This document shows, piece after piece, positions 9,460-19,313 of a stretch of DNA of 64,000 nucleotides. Origin of the DNA: an uncultured Verrucomicrobiae bacterium (GTDB lineage Bacteria > Verrucomicrobiota > Verrucomicrobiia > Chthoniobacterales > JAFAMB01); contig CAWAIK010000030.1 in NCBI GenBank assembly GCA_963782115.1, positions 152,249 to 216,248 of the forward strand, read 5' to 3'. Position numbers and translations under genes: made by a program. Numbering within the stretch: position 1 is the stretch's first letter; every line of letters starts with the position of its first letter. The notes beneath the pieces were generated by a model. It ran no database searches. It worked only from the letters and a program-made list of their open reading frames with translations, and was not told where the DNA came from.

Positions 9460-10623
9460 TCAGAATTCAGCTTCAATGACCTTTAGCACCCGGTCCACTT
9501 CCGCCTCGGTATTGTAGAAGTGAGGACTGAAACGGATGTAATGCCGCCCCTGTCGGTCCTGCCGAGAGGAACAGACGATGTTCGCAGCGCTCAACCGTTC
9601 GAATAGCACCTCCATTTCGGTTCCAGGGCGCGACACCGTGACGATTCCCGAGGCGTTCGGGCCGCCTGTCGGGCCAAGCGATGTAAATCCCAAGCCCTCG
9701 AGACCGCCGGCGAGCCGGGCGGTGATCCTCTGAATACGTTCAGCGATGCGGTCAATCCCGATTTCCAGCAACAGATCCATGGCCGCCTTCATACCGAAGA
9801 TCCCCATCACGTTCATTGCGCCGGGTTCGTATCGTTGCGCGGTCGGCTGAAATTCGATTTCTTCCTGGGCGACAAAACCCGGCGCCTTGATATTCCACGA
9901 CCCAAGAAGGGTTGGGCGGCATAGATCGAAGCACTCTCTACGGACGTACACGATTCCGATGGCTAGTGGTCCCAGCATCCATTTGTGCGCGTCGGCGCTG
10001 AGAAAATCGACATATTCGACCGTCGTCGGAAAAGCGCCGAGGGTTTGAATGGCATCGACCGAGAACAGAACTTCTTTCTCCCTGAGTGATTTGCCGATCG
10101 CATTCAAGTCGATGCGATATCCAGAAACGAAGTTAGAGGAAGCAAGAGCGACTAATCTTGTTTTCGGGGTCAGCGCCTGGGCAACAAGCTCCGGCGTTAG
10201 CGCCCCGGTCTCCGCAGGTTGCAGCAAACGGACGGTTACACCGCGGGACCGCAGATTCAACCATGGGTAAACATTGGCTGGATAGTCATCAAGGTAACAG
10301 ATCACCTCATCGCCGGGCCGCCAATCGATTCCATTGGCGAAGAGACTGAGCCCAAGAGATGTCGGACCGATCAAAGCAATTTCCTCCGGGCTGCTGCCGA
10401 TTAAGTTCGCCGCTGAAGCTCGCGCTTCCTGGATTGACTTCAATAGTGCAGCGAAATTTTCGAAATTGGCGGCGCTCTCCTCGGTAAACCGAATGATCGC
10501 GTCCGCGACCACACGCGGCAAAGCGGTTACCGCGGCATGCGCCATGAAAATCTTGTTTCGGCAAATCGGAAATGCCTCTCTGCGTTTTTCTTCGTTGTCG
10601 ACCAGCTGGTGCAGGAGATCCAT
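9460..10623 (-). CDS. class V aminotransferase / cysteine desulfurase-like PLP enzyme
   Basis: 387 aa with PLP-lysine context SADAHKWMLGP. Fold-type I class V layout. Confidence 0.85.
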   Translation of the reverse strand: MDLLHQLVDNEEKRREAFPICRNKIFMAHAAVTALPRVVADAIIRFTEESAANFENFAALLKSIQEARASAANLIGSSPEEIALIGPTSLGLSLFANGIDWRPGDEVICYLDDYPANVYPWLNLRSRGVTVRLLQPAETGALTPELVAQALTPKTRLVALASSNFVSGYRIDLNAIGKSLREKEVLFSVDAIQTLGAFPTTVEYVDFLSADAHKWMLGPLAIGIVYVRRECFDLCRPTLLGSWNIKAPGFVAQEEIEFQPTAQRYEPGAMNVMGIFGMKAAMDLLLEIGIDRIAERIQRITARLAGGLEGLGFTSLGPTGGPNASGIVTVSRPGTEMEVLFERLSAANIVCSSRQDRQGRHYIRFSPHFYNTEAEVDRVLKVIEAEF

Positions 10624-10717
10624 GGGACGTTATTAAAAGCGGATTTTCACAATTTCAAATTGGAACGCCGAGTCGCCGGTGGCGCATGAAACTATGCAGA
10701 CCGATGCCGCCCGGATG

Positions 10718-11077
10718 TTACTTCTTTTTTTGTTCACCCTCTTCGATCAGTTTCCAAAAGCCGGCGTGTTCCTGCAGCTGTTCGTCTTCTGCCATGGGCA
10801 ACTTGGAACGAAAGAGGAAATCTCGGATGGTGTTTTTGTGGAGGACCCGGTGCACCAGGACGCCCTCCGCGCTGCGCTCGAAGTAAATCCGGTAGTCGTT
10901 GGTTCGATAACGATAGAGACGTTTTCCTTCCCGTTCGATGACGCCGAACGCCTTGGAGTCGAGGCTGTCCAGGTCGTCAGGCAAAAACTGGAATTCGGCC
11001 AACAACTCCAGTTGAAGTTCTTTTGGGATTCTGGCCATTTCGGCCGCACTGATTTCGTTGAAGACGATCTGGTACAT
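10718..11077 (-). CDS. RelE/ParE-like toxin-fold protein with an acidic C-terminal extension
   Basis: MYQIVFNEISAAEMARIPKELQLELLAEF...GKRLYRYRTNDYRIYFERSAEGVLVHRVLHKN follows the RelE/ParE pattern (YRxRxGDYRxIY...V..V.HR). An extra tail of about 30 aa follows: PMAEDEQLQEHAGFWKLIEEGEQKKK. Confidence 0.6.
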   Translation of the reverse strand: MYQIVFNEISAAEMARIPKELQLELLAEFQFLPDDLDSLDSKAFGVIEREGKRLYRYRTNDYRIYFERSAEGVLVHRVLHKNTIRDFLFRSKLPMAEDEQLQEHAGFWKLIEEGEQKKK

Positions 11078-11216
11078 AGAGAGTCAGTTCTCGCGTCTTT
11101 TCAGAGTAGCACAGGAAATTCCGAGTTCCCAGATTGTGGTTGCAGCTCCGGCAAGCTATGTAATTTGTGTTTTTCTCTCGTTACCGGGTTTCCGTGACTA
11201 AATCGAAAGCTCCCTT

Positions 11217-11861
11217 ATGAAGTTATTGCTCGTCCTACTCTGCTTGTTCACCGGCTCAGCATTTGGCCAGTTGGTCTGGGGAACTACTGAACAAACTTTC
11301 AACTCGAAACCACAGGACAAGGAAGTCGTGGCCAAGTACAAATTTACCAATACCGGCACGAAGCCCATAAAGATCCAGAACGTGCGAACTTCGTGTGGTT
11401 GCACGACTGCGGCCTTGAGCAAGACCGATTATGCCCCCGGTGAATCGGGTGAGATCGAAGCGAAATTTACTTTTTCCGGACGAACCGGGAAACAGGAAAA
11501 AGCAATTTTAGTGGCTACATCCGCCGAACCGGAACAGCCAACGATCCTGAAATTGCATGTTTACATTGAGGAAACGGTCAAAATTGAGCCGGAAGTGGTG
11601 GTTTGGCGCGTAGGTGAACAACCCGATCCCAAAGCTATTCACATCGCGATTGCGGATGATGCGTCGGCAAAGATTGTTTCTGTCACCTCGGATAATCCTG
11701 CCTTGAAAGTTAAATTGACGGAAGTGAAACCGGGCAAGGAATACGAGGCGCAGATCACTCCCGATAGCGTCGCGCAGCCGGCGTCGGCAACGCTCGTCAT
11801 CACCACAGACTACCCGGCTGGCAACCCGGAGATGAAATACGCTTACGCTCGCATTAAATGA
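11217..11861 (+). CDS. DUF1573 domain-containing secreted protein
   Basis: Signal peptide MKLLLVLLCLFTGSAFG and the hallmark NVRTSCGCTTA (SCGCT) motif. Confidence 0.8.
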   Translation: MKLLLVLLCLFTGSAFGQLVWGTTEQTFNSKPQDKEVVAKYKFTNTGTKPIKIQNVRTSCGCTTAALSKTDYAPGESGEIEAKFTFSGRTGKQEKAILVATSAEPEQPTILKLHVYIEETVKIEPEVVVWRVGEQPDPKAIHIAIADDASAKIVSVTSDNPALKVKLTEVKPGKEYEAQITPDSVAQPASATLVITTDYPAGNPEMKYAYARIK

Positions 11862-11874
11862 GACGGGTGCACTA

Positions 11875-12282
11875 GTGCGCCAGGTATTCTTGATTCTCCT
11901 GGCCGCGCTCATCCCCGCGAGCTTGACGGCGGCCTTTCATCCGCGGCGTCCACCATGGTCTCAGGAGACGTGGGCGCCGGGAGAAGAATTGCTTCCGACG
12001 GTATTGGCTTGGGGAGAAAACGTGCTTTGGGTTGACGCGCGATCAGCAGATGAATATGCGAGCGAGCATGTGCCAGGCGCGATACCGCTGAATTTGGAAA
12101 GTTGGGATCAATTGTTTCCCACCTTCCTTGACCGCTGGAGTCCCGAAAAAAAGGTTGTGGTCTATTGCAGCGCAACAACCTGTGAGTTAAGCCGCGAGGT
12201 TGCCGAACGCCTGCGAAAGAGCGGCATTTCTTCGGTTTATGTTCTGCATGGAGGCTGGGAGGCTTGGAAGACCAGAAAATGA
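11875..12282 (+). CDS. rhodanese-like domain protein (secreted or anchored)
   Basis: 135 aa with a GTG start. WVDARSADEYASEHVPGAIPL and active-site loop VVVYCSATTCELS are present. Confidence 0.85.
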   Translation: MRQVFLILLAALIPASLTAAFHPRRPPWSQETWAPGEELLPTVLAWGENVLWVDARSADEYASEHVPGAIPLNLESWDQLFPTFLDRWSPEKKVVVYCSATTCELSREVAERLRKSGISSVYVLHGGWEAWKTRK

Positions 12283-12719
12283 TCGGCCGTTCGCGCTACC
12301 CTGCGTGGCCACAGGTTGTCAAGTTCAGCCGCATATTTGTCCGGATTGCGCTCGGTGCCCTGTTCGTTTTCGCAGGTGCAACAAAGGCGTATGACCCGGG
12401 CGCGTTCGCCATCGAGATCCAGCGTTATAACCTGGTTCCGTGGATTCCCGCAGCACTCGCGTCCGTATATCTTCCCTGGTTGGAGATCCTGGTGGGCCTA
12501 CTTCTGCTGTTGAAGAGATTTGAGCAGGGAGCTCTGCTTCTTATCATCTGCTTGCTATTTCTTTTTACCATTGCTCTGGCAAGCGCAACATTCCGAGGGC
12601 TCGACATTGATTGTGGCTGTTTTGGAAAAGCGTTCGCTGCCACCGGCACGATTTTTCCGTTGGTGCGGAATGTTCTGCTGCTCGTTTGCGCAGGCTTCCT
12701 TTGGGTCGGCTACCAATGA
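12264..12719 (+). CDS. MauE/DoxX-family membrane protein
   Basis: 151 aa with 4 TM helices and the DIDCGCFG motif typical of MauE/DoxX-like proteins. It overlaps the rhodanese gene by 19 nt, and its stop overlaps the alr ATG (ATGA). Confidence 0.75.
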   Translation: MEDQKMIGRSRYPAWPQVVKFSRIFVRIALGALFVFAGATKAYDPGAFAIEIQRYNLVPWIPAALASVYLPWLEILVGLLLLLKRFEQGALLLIICLLFLFTIALASATFRGLDIDCGCFGKAFAATGTIFPLVRNVLLLVCAGFLWVGYQ

Positions 12720-13819
12720 CTACATCCTTTCGCTGTTGGGCAGAAATAGATATCGAGGCGATGCGATCCAACCTCCGGACGATTCGTTCCCTGGTTGCTG
12801 CCGGAGTTCGAGTCATCGCCGTCGTGAAGGCGGATGCCTACGGCCATGGTCTTCCTGAAGTCGCGCGCCGACTCGATCGAGATGTCGACTTGTTTGGCGT
12901 TGCAAGTCTCGCAGAGGCCCGGTCAATTCGTTCGACGGGGGCTCAAGCTCCTGTCTTGATTCTCGGTCCCGCATTGCCCGAAGAACGGCAAGCAATCTTC
13001 GATGAGGCGTATATCCCCACCGTATCAACCGTTGAAGAGGCAGCCGGATATGCAACTTGCGTGCCTCCCGGCGAACGGTTGTCCACCCATTTTGTGGTCG
13101 ACACGGGGATGGGACGAATCGGATCGTCGGAGGAAGAAGCGGATCAGATTTTTCGTGCAATTTGTGCGATGCCTCAAATTCGGGTGACGGCGCTGTCTTC
13201 GCATCTTCCTGTGGCGGATGAAGACGGCAATTACACGGCGCGACAGCTGGAACGGTTTCAATCGATCGCGGCGCGTCTGCGTCCTGAGAACCAACCAGTA
13301 TCGATATTGAACAGCGCGGGTGTGATGCGGTATGGGAAGGATGCAAGGTCTGGCGACCTTGTGCGCGTCGGATTGAGTGTTTACGGGATTTCGCCTCTCA
13401 GCGAGTTTCAGGAGAAGTTTCGACCGGCAATGACCTTGAAAACGAGAGTTGGCCTGGTCCGATCGTTAGGTGCCGGCCGGAGCATCAGCTACGGAAGAAC
13501 TTTCGTGACTCCCGGCCGAATGAAAGTAGCAACACTCTGCGCAGGATACGGTGACGGCATCGACCGCCACTTATCGGCTCAGGAAACGGATGTGTTGATC
13601 AAGGGGCATCGATGCAGGTTGCTAGGCAGAGTGACGATGGACCAGATCATGGTGGATGTGACTCATCTTGAATGCGTTGAGCCGGGTGATGAAGTTGTCC
13701 TCTTTGGCCGTCAGGGTGCCCAGGAAATTCTGGCCAGCGAACTAGCAACCAAGGCCGGGACCATCGCCTGGGAAATATTTACCGGGATAACGAAGCGCGT
13801 GGCGCGTATCTACCGGTAG
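12716..13819 (+). CDS. alr: alanine racemase
   Basis: PLP-lysine motif [11 protein letters not shown]. The ATG at 12716 ([16 protein letters not shown]) was chosen over the longer track ORF that starts at 12611. Confidence 0.92.
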   Translation: MTTSFRCWAEIDIEAMRSNLRTIRSLVAAGVRVIAVVKADAYGHGLPEVARRLDRDVDLFGVASLAEARSIRSTGAQAPVLILGPALPEERQAIFDEAYIPTVSTVEEAAGYATCVPPGERLSTHFVVDTGMGRIGSSEEEADQIFRAICAMPQIRVTALSSHLPVADEDGNYTARQLERFQSIAARLRPENQPVSILNSAGVMRYGKDARSGDLVRVGLSVYGISPLSEFQEKFRPAMTLKTRVGLVRSLGAGRSISYGRTFVTPGRMKVATLCAGYGDGIDRHLSAQETDVLIKGHRCRLLGRVTMDQIMVDVTHLECVEPGDEVVLFGRQGAQEILASELATKAGTIAWEIFTGITKRVARIYR

Positions 13820-13901
13820 GAGCGAACGTATCGGCCATCCGTTTTTTCCTGACTCGCCCGATACCTGTTTGCTGGAGTGCCGAAGAGTGTTTTCTTGGTG
13901 T

Positions 13902-16025
13902 ATGCCTTCTGAACAAGCACCGAACCGCCTGATTCACGAGAAATCGCCGTACCTTCTCCAACACGCGCACAACCCGGTGGACTGGTATCCTTGGGGACAG
14001 GAGGCGTTCCAGAAGGCGCGGACAGAGAAGAAACCGATTTTTCTCTCGATCGGTTATTCCACTTGTCACTGGTGCCATGTGATGGAGCGCGAATCCTTTG
14101 AGAATCAAGCGGTCGCGGAAATCATGAACCGATCTTACGTCAGCATCAAAGTCGACCGGGAAGAACGACCAGATGTGGACCGGGTTTATATGACATTCGT
14201 CCAGAGCACAACCGGTTCAGGAGGCTGGCCGATGAGCGTCTTTCTCACCCCGGAACTTAAACCATTTCTAGGCGGCACGTACTATCCGCCGGACGACCGG
14301 TATGGAAGACCTGGATTCGGAACTTTGTTAACGCGGATCGCGGAGATCTGGGAGAAAAGTCCTGAAAAGATCATGGATCAAGGCGCCCAGTTCACAGAAG
14401 CGATTAAAGCTCATCTACGGGAGGCTCAATCGTTGGAATCGAGCCCCTTGACGCTGAACTGGCTGGAGAACGGTTACCGCCAATTGGCATCCGGTTTCGA
14501 TTCCGAGGAGGGAGGATTCAGTTCCGCGCCAAAATTTCCGCGCCCGGCTGTCTTCAATTTCCTGCTCCGTTACTGGCGGCGCGCCCGGAAGACGAATGCA
14601 TTCGATATGGTCGAGTTCACCCTGCAGAAGATGGCGCGGGGCGGAATCTACGACCATCTCGGCGGCGGCTTCCATCGCTATTCTGTCGATGATCGGTGGC
14701 ATGTGCCGCATTTTGAAAAAATGTTGTACGACCAGGCACAACTCGCGGTCGCGTATTCGGAGATGGTTCAAGCAGCAATCGAACCAGAGCTCGAACGAAC
14801 GCTTCAGGAAACCCTGGACTATGTCCTGCGCGATCTCACCTCGCCCGAAGGTGGTTTTTACTCGGCAGAAGACGCCGACAGTCTCCCGAAGGAGGAAGCG
14901 GCGGAAAAACGAGAGGGGGCGTTTTACGTTTGGACCCAGGAGGAAATTGATCGTGTACTCACCTCGGATGAATCGCTGGTCTTTCGTAGGATGTATGGGG
15001 TCGAACGGGCCGGGAATGTCGTTACGGCCAACGATCCGCACCGTGAATTGGCGGGGCAAAACATTCTATTCCTGCAGAATCATCGGGAGATGGTGGCGAA
15101 GTTGACTGGCCGCAGCGAGAACGAGGTCTCGCGACTGGTTTGCGCGGCGCGACAAAAACTGAAGGCAGTGCGGGATCATCGTCCACGGCCGCATCTCGAC
15201 GACAAGATTGTGACGGCATGGAATGGACTGATGATTTCCGGTTTCGCTAAAGGGTTCCAGGCGCTGGGAGACCCGCGCTACCTGGTTGCGGCGCAACGGG
15301 CCGGCAATTTCTTGCAAAATGAACTGTACCAAGGCCGATTGCTGCGGAGTTTTCGCGGGACGGCCGGTGCGACCAATGGTTTTGCCGAAGATTACGCCTT
15401 CCTGGTCCAGGGGCTTCTGGATCTGTATGAATCTGATTTTGATGTCCGCTGGCTTCAATGGGCAGGGGAACTGCAGATCCAAATGAACGCTCTTTTCTCC
15501 GATCCGAAGGGCGGCTACTTCAGCACCGAAGAGGGCGCGAATGATATCTTGTTCCGAATGAAGGAGGATCACGATGGAGCGGAACCCTCTGCGAATTCAG
15601 TTGCGGCAATGAACTTGGCTAGATTGGCCAGAATCTTCGACCGAAAAGAATTCCAGCATGCGGCCGCGCGTGTCCTGGGAGTGTTCCACGCGGCACTCGA
15701 GCGGGCGCCGGCCGCCTTACCGCAGATGCTGGCCGCCTTGGACGCGACGCTGACCGACCCGGTGCAGATCGTTTTGGCGGGCCAGAGGGATCTTCCTGAA
15801 ACGGCTGAACTTCTGCGCGTCATTCGTAAACGCTATCTTCCGAACAAAGTCGTGTTGCTGGCCGACGGCAGCGAAGGTCAGAACTGGTTGGCGCAGCACA
15901 TCGAGGCACTGCGGCTGACGGTGCCTGTTCAAGGGCGAGCCGCTGCTTATGTCTGCCGAAATTTCACCTGCGAACTTCCCGTGACAGAACCAGAGCAGTT
16001 AGCACAGCTCCTTGATAAGTTGTGA
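13902..16025 (+). CDS. thioredoxin-domain protein of the DUF255/YyaL type (N-terminal Trx-like domain plus six-hairpin glycosidase-like domain)
   Basis: [29 protein letters not shown] and [10 protein letters not shown]. About 707 aa from the ATG at 13902. Confidence 0.88.
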   Translation: MPSEQAPNRLIHEKSPYLLQHAHNPVDWYPWGQEAFQKARTEKKPIFLSIGYSTCHWCHVMERESFENQAVAEIMNRSYVSIKVDREERPDVDRVYMTFVQSTTGSGGWPMSVFLTPELKPFLGGTYYPPDDRYGRPGFGTLLTRIAEIWEKSPEKIMDQGAQFTEAIKAHLREAQSLESSPLTLNWLENGYRQLASGFDSEEGGFSSAPKFPRPAVFNFLLRYWRRARKTNAFDMVEFTLQKMARGGIYDHLGGGFHRYSVDDRWHVPHFEKMLYDQAQLAVAYSEMVQAAIEPELERTLQETLDYVLRDLTSPEGGFYSAEDADSLPKEEAAEKREGAFYVWTQEEIDRVLTSDESLVFRRMYGVERAGNVVTANDPHRELAGQNILFLQNHREMVAKLTGRSENEVSRLVCAARQKLKAVRDHRPRPHLDDKIVTAWNGLMISGFAKGFQALGDPRYLVAAQRAGNFLQNELYQGRLLRSFRGTAGATNGFAEDYAFLVQGLLDLYESDFDVRWLQWAGELQIQMNALFSDPKGGYFSTEEGANDILFRMKEDHDGAEPSANSVAAMNLARLARIFDRKEFQHAAARVLGVFHAALERAPAALPQMLAALDATLTDPVQIVLAGQRDLPETAELLRVIRKRYLPNKVVLLADGSEGQNWLAQHIEALRLTVPVQGRAAAYVCRNFTCELPVTEPEQLAQLLDKL

Positions 16026-16120
16026 CCGAAGGGCTGGTTCAGGGGTAAAGATCTGCAAGGTCTGTGCCTCATGCGAAGCCATTGGTAGCGGCTGGCCCTG
16101 AAAGAGTTTGAAGAGGTAAA

Positions 16121-16176
16121 GTAAGCCGGGACGGCTTACCTACTCTCCGTTGTAAGTAAGGCGTCTCGCCTTACTT
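16121..16176. terminator. two adjacent stem-loops between convergent genes (putative bidirectional terminators)
   Basis: Hairpin 1 is GTAAGCC-gggac-GGCTTAC (16121-16139). Hairpin 2 is AAGTAAGGCG-tct-CGCCTTACTT (16154-16176). They lie between the 3' ends of genes ending at 16025 (+) and 16236 (-). Confidence 0.45.
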
Positions 16177-16235
16177 GTTCAGCCCGCGCTACCCGCTCGA
16201 CTTAGCGTGGAGGGTCGAACTGAATTGAAGCATCC

Positions 16236-17153
16236 TCATGGGGGCGCTGTCGAAGGTTCCGCAACTTCCGGAAAGTCCATCAGGTTCCCAGCTGGATTGT
16301 CGTCTCGGTTCAGTGACCGCGCGATGCCCAAAAGCAGCAGTTCGGCTCTCATATCGGTGTAATTGTTCAGGGCCACCTTCAGATAGTTTACTACGCGCTT
16401 TCTCAGCAATGCGTCGGACTCGAGGCTGGGTCGCAGCTCTGCCAGCAGATCCAGATGCATCCGGATGACTTCTTGTACCACCGCGCCCTTGCCATCTGCT
16501 TTGATCGTGTTGCTGGCATGGACCCGGTAATCCAATAGATCTTGATGAATCAGGCCAAGCGCACCTCGAAATGCCACGGTCAACGCCGCGAAATAGTCAT
16601 GAACATAACGGTAGGGGCGAAATTCGGTGATTGCGCCGTTGCGGAAAAAAAAGTTGCTGGTGGTTTTGGTGAAGTTTCCGTAGCCCAGTGAAATGACGAA
16701 ATCAGTGGTCTTACTCAGGAGGGACCAAATACGATTCACACGGCGTTGTCTCCCATCGAGTTGTCCGACCGGTCTACTGCATTCATCGATCAATCGGATC
16801 CGGGTACAAACGAGCTGCATGCCGGGATGTCGATCGAAATAGGCGGCGCAACGGGCAAACCGTTCCGGATGATAGCGATCATCGGAATTGAGCACACTGA
16901 CGAAATCGCAATCTTTGGACAGCTCGAGGCCGCGGGTAAGGGCCGCATGCGCCCCTTGGTTTTCCTGCACCACGAGATGGATCCTCGGATCATTGATGGA
17001 GCGAATTACTTCGACAGAATTATCCTGCGAACCATCGTCGACAATCACCAACCGCTCCGGTGGAAGCGTTTGTCGGACAACGGATCGGATTGCTTCAGCG
17101 ATGTAAATAGCGTGATTGTACGATGGGATGACGCAGGCGATTTTCTGGCTCAT
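16236..17153 (-). CDS. family 2 glycosyltransferase
   Basis: VIPSYNHAIYIAEAIRSV...VDDGSQDNS and the SVLNSDD motif (GT-A DxD). Confidence 0.85.
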   Translation of the reverse strand: MSQKIACVIPSYNHAIYIAEAIRSVVRQTLPPERLVIVDDGSQDNSVEVIRSINDPRIHLVVQENQGAHAALTRGLELSKDCDFVSVLNSDDRYHPERFARCAAYFDRHPGMQLVCTRIRLIDECSRPVGQLDGRQRRVNRIWSLLSKTTDFVISLGYGNFTKTTSNFFFRNGAITEFRPYRYVHDYFAALTVAFRGALGLIHQDLLDYRVHASNTIKADGKGAVVQEVIRMHLDLLAELRPSLESDALLRKRVVNYLKVALNNYTDMRAELLLLGIARSLNRDDNPAGNLMDFPEVAEPSTAPP

Positions 17154-17264
17154 TCGTGACTCGCAATCCCCTTAGCAAACTCCAGATGACCGTTTCCGAC
17201 AATCCCCTTTCATCGCATGTTAGTTCCTTCTAACCTATGCAACCGGTCGCGTGGACCAGTTCCG

Positions 17265-17687
17265 ATGGATACTCCAACTTTAGAAACCGAAGTTCGCGTC
17301 ATGTTTTTCGACACCGACGCAGGCGGCCTTGTGCATAACATCGCTTACCTGAGATTTATTGAAACGAATCGGTCGCTGCTCGCCGAAAAACTGGGATACC
17401 AGCTGCAGGAAATGTTGAACGGAGGGGATTGCCCTGTGCTCGTGCGAACCGAAATAGACTATCTGCGTCCGGCTCGATTGTGGGATGCGCTGCTGGTCCA
17501 TGGCGAACTTTCAAAGTTTCAGCGAAGCCGTTTTTGGTGCGCATTCACCATCACCCGGCCAAGCGACGGCGCACTTCTTGTGACTTGCCGGCAGACACTG
17601 GTCGTTGTGCACTTACCGGAACTAAAGGTTCAACGCCTGCCGAGCCATTGGCAGACCGATTTCGCTCATCTGAATGGCAGCGCATGA
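17265..17687 (+). CDS. acyl-CoA thioesterase, 4HBT/YbgC hot-dog family
   Basis: EVRVMFFDTDAGGLVHNIAYLRFIE is typical of YbgC-like thioesterases. The start is at the ATG at 17265 (the track ORF begins at 17217). Confidence 0.8.
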   Translation: MDTPTLETEVRVMFFDTDAGGLVHNIAYLRFIETNRSLLAEKLGYQLQEMLNGGDCPVLVRTEIDYLRPARLWDALLVHGELSKFQRSRFWCAFTITRPSDGALLVTCRQTLVVVHLPELKVQRLPSHWQTDFAHLNGSA

Positions 17688-17741
17688 AGAATCCCGATCT
17701 CGGCTCTTCCGTCCCTGGCGGAGGCGGCACCGGAGGTCAAT

Positions 17742-18518
17742 CTAATCTATTAGTCTAAGGTGCAATAAATGCAGGAGCCAACCGGCAAATTCCCTGGCGC
17801 CCTGTAGCAGTTCTTTTCCGAAGTAGCTGAAGGTGACGTCCCGGCACGCCACAATGAGCATGACGCTGAGCGCCGAAAAATTGATGAGGTAAATGACCAT
17901 CATCGAAAAAAAGGTACCATGCTCGACCAGGTCGGTTTGTCCCTGCCACAACATCCAGATTGCAAAGGTGACATGAAAACTCCAGGTAAATCCCACGAAC
18001 CCGAACAGCAATCGTCTATACGGTTCGACATCAACAAATACGCCGACTCCGCCGTACAGGAGCAGCACCAGAATGCTGTAGACCGGAAAAAAATAAGGCG
18101 CCAATGAGATCCAGAAGTTGTTCGTGTCGGTAACGACATAACCACCGGTCCGGCTGACACGAAACTGACTCACTTTGCCTCCCATCAGCCAGGTCCAGAT
18201 CGCGTGGGTGAGTTCATGCGCGAAGACGTACAATAACATCGGTCTGGGCAAGCCGAAGAACGCGATAACCCAAAGCAGCGTACCTAACGAAAAAAACCAG
18301 AATTCTTCCGAGGCCCAGAAACCGTGTTGCACGGTCGCAGCGGAAAAGCTGCTGAAGAACGCGCGCGTTAGTATCCAGGCTGGTGGAATCAGGAAAACCG
18401 CAATGATCTGCTTTAACCAGCGAACCGGAACAACCCATTCTTTTGCAGCGCGTTGATAGTGCGTTCTGGGGCCAGTGTTGAGCCTGCGCCGCCGCCGTTT
18501 CTTAACCGTAGATTCCAC
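17742..18518 (-). CDS. multi-TM protein with an HExxH motif (putative membrane zinc-peptidase-like)
   Basis: 258 aa with about 6 TM helices. The HELTHAIWTWLMGG motif sits next to a TM helix. The family was not identified with certainty. Confidence 0.45.
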   Translation of the reverse strand: MESTVKKRRRRRLNTGPRTHYQRAAKEWVVPVRWLKQIIAVFLIPPAWILTRAFFSSFSAATVQHGFWASEEFWFFSLGTLLWVIAFFGLPRPMLLYVFAHELTHAIWTWLMGGKVSQFRVSRTGGYVVTDTNNFWISLAPYFFPVYSILVLLLYGGVGVFVDVEPYRRLLFGFVGFTWSFHVTFAIWMLWQGQTDLVEHGTFFSMMVIYLINFSALSVMLIVACRDVTFSYFGKELLQGAREFAGWLLHLLHLRLID

Positions 18519-18617
18519 TGCCTTTGCAAATTACCAGCGAACCGGGGACAAAGGCGAGGCTCAACAGAGCGAGTCTCGCCAGCACGCTCCACACGCCGAT
18601 TCGCTGACCCAACTTCC

Positions 18618-19175
18618 TTATGCCCGACCCATATATGCTCCTGTCCGAGTATCCACCCGGACGACTTCACCTTCCTTGATAAACAAGGGAACCTGGATGG
18701 TTTTGCCGGTCTCGAGTTTCGCGGGCTTCTGCACGTTATTTGAGCTATCCCCACGGACTCCCTCGGCAGACTCAATCACTTTCAGCAGCACCGAAGAAGG
18801 CAATTCGAGTTCAACTGCTTTTCCTTCCGCGTAAAGTACATCCACCTTCAAATTTTCGGTCAAATAGTTAGCGGATTCATTGATGAGCTCGGGCGGAAAC
18901 GTCTCAGTTTCGAAATTCTCAGGATCCATGAATACATATCCATCCTGGTCTTTGTAACTGTATTCCAGTTTACGCCGATTCACGTCAACCAACTCGACAG
19001 TCTCGGTCGAACTGAACCGCATATTGCTCGATTTTCCCGTGCGAATACTTCTGATTGTTGCCTGGACAAAGGCCCGAAGATTGCCCGGTGTACGGTGTTG
19101 GACATCCAATACGACGGCGACATCTCCGTGGTAACGAATGGCCATCCCTTTCCTAAGATCATTTGCTGCTGCCAT
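18618..19175 (-). CDS. efp: elongation factor P
   Basis: 185 aa. AANDLRKGMAIRYHGDVAVVLDVQHRTPGNLRAFVQATIRSIRTGK and a three-domain EF-P layout. Confidence 0.95.
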   Translation of the reverse strand: MAAANDLRKGMAIRYHGDVAVVLDVQHRTPGNLRAFVQATIRSIRTGKSSNMRFSSTETVELVDVNRRKLEYSYKDQDGYVFMDPENFETETFPPELINESANYLTENLKVDVLYAEGKAVELELPSSVLLKVIESAEGVRGDSSNNVQKPAKLETGKTIQVPLFIKEGEVVRVDTRTGAYMGRA

Positions 19176-19313
19176 AAAAGAAATTGTCAGTGCCGGTTGC
19201 CAGTTCGGATTTCTCCAAAGATTTAGTCTTAGTTAATTTATCCCGGCCATCTGATGAACAGAGACGGATCCGTCGATCTGCCTCTCTGCTGCGCATTGCT
19301 CCAAAATTACTCA

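Noticed and set aside
10679-11197. 172-aa plus-strand ORF
   Set aside because: It is entirely antisense to the RelE/ParE-like gene and extends into the intergenic region. It has no motifs and is a typical shadow ORF.
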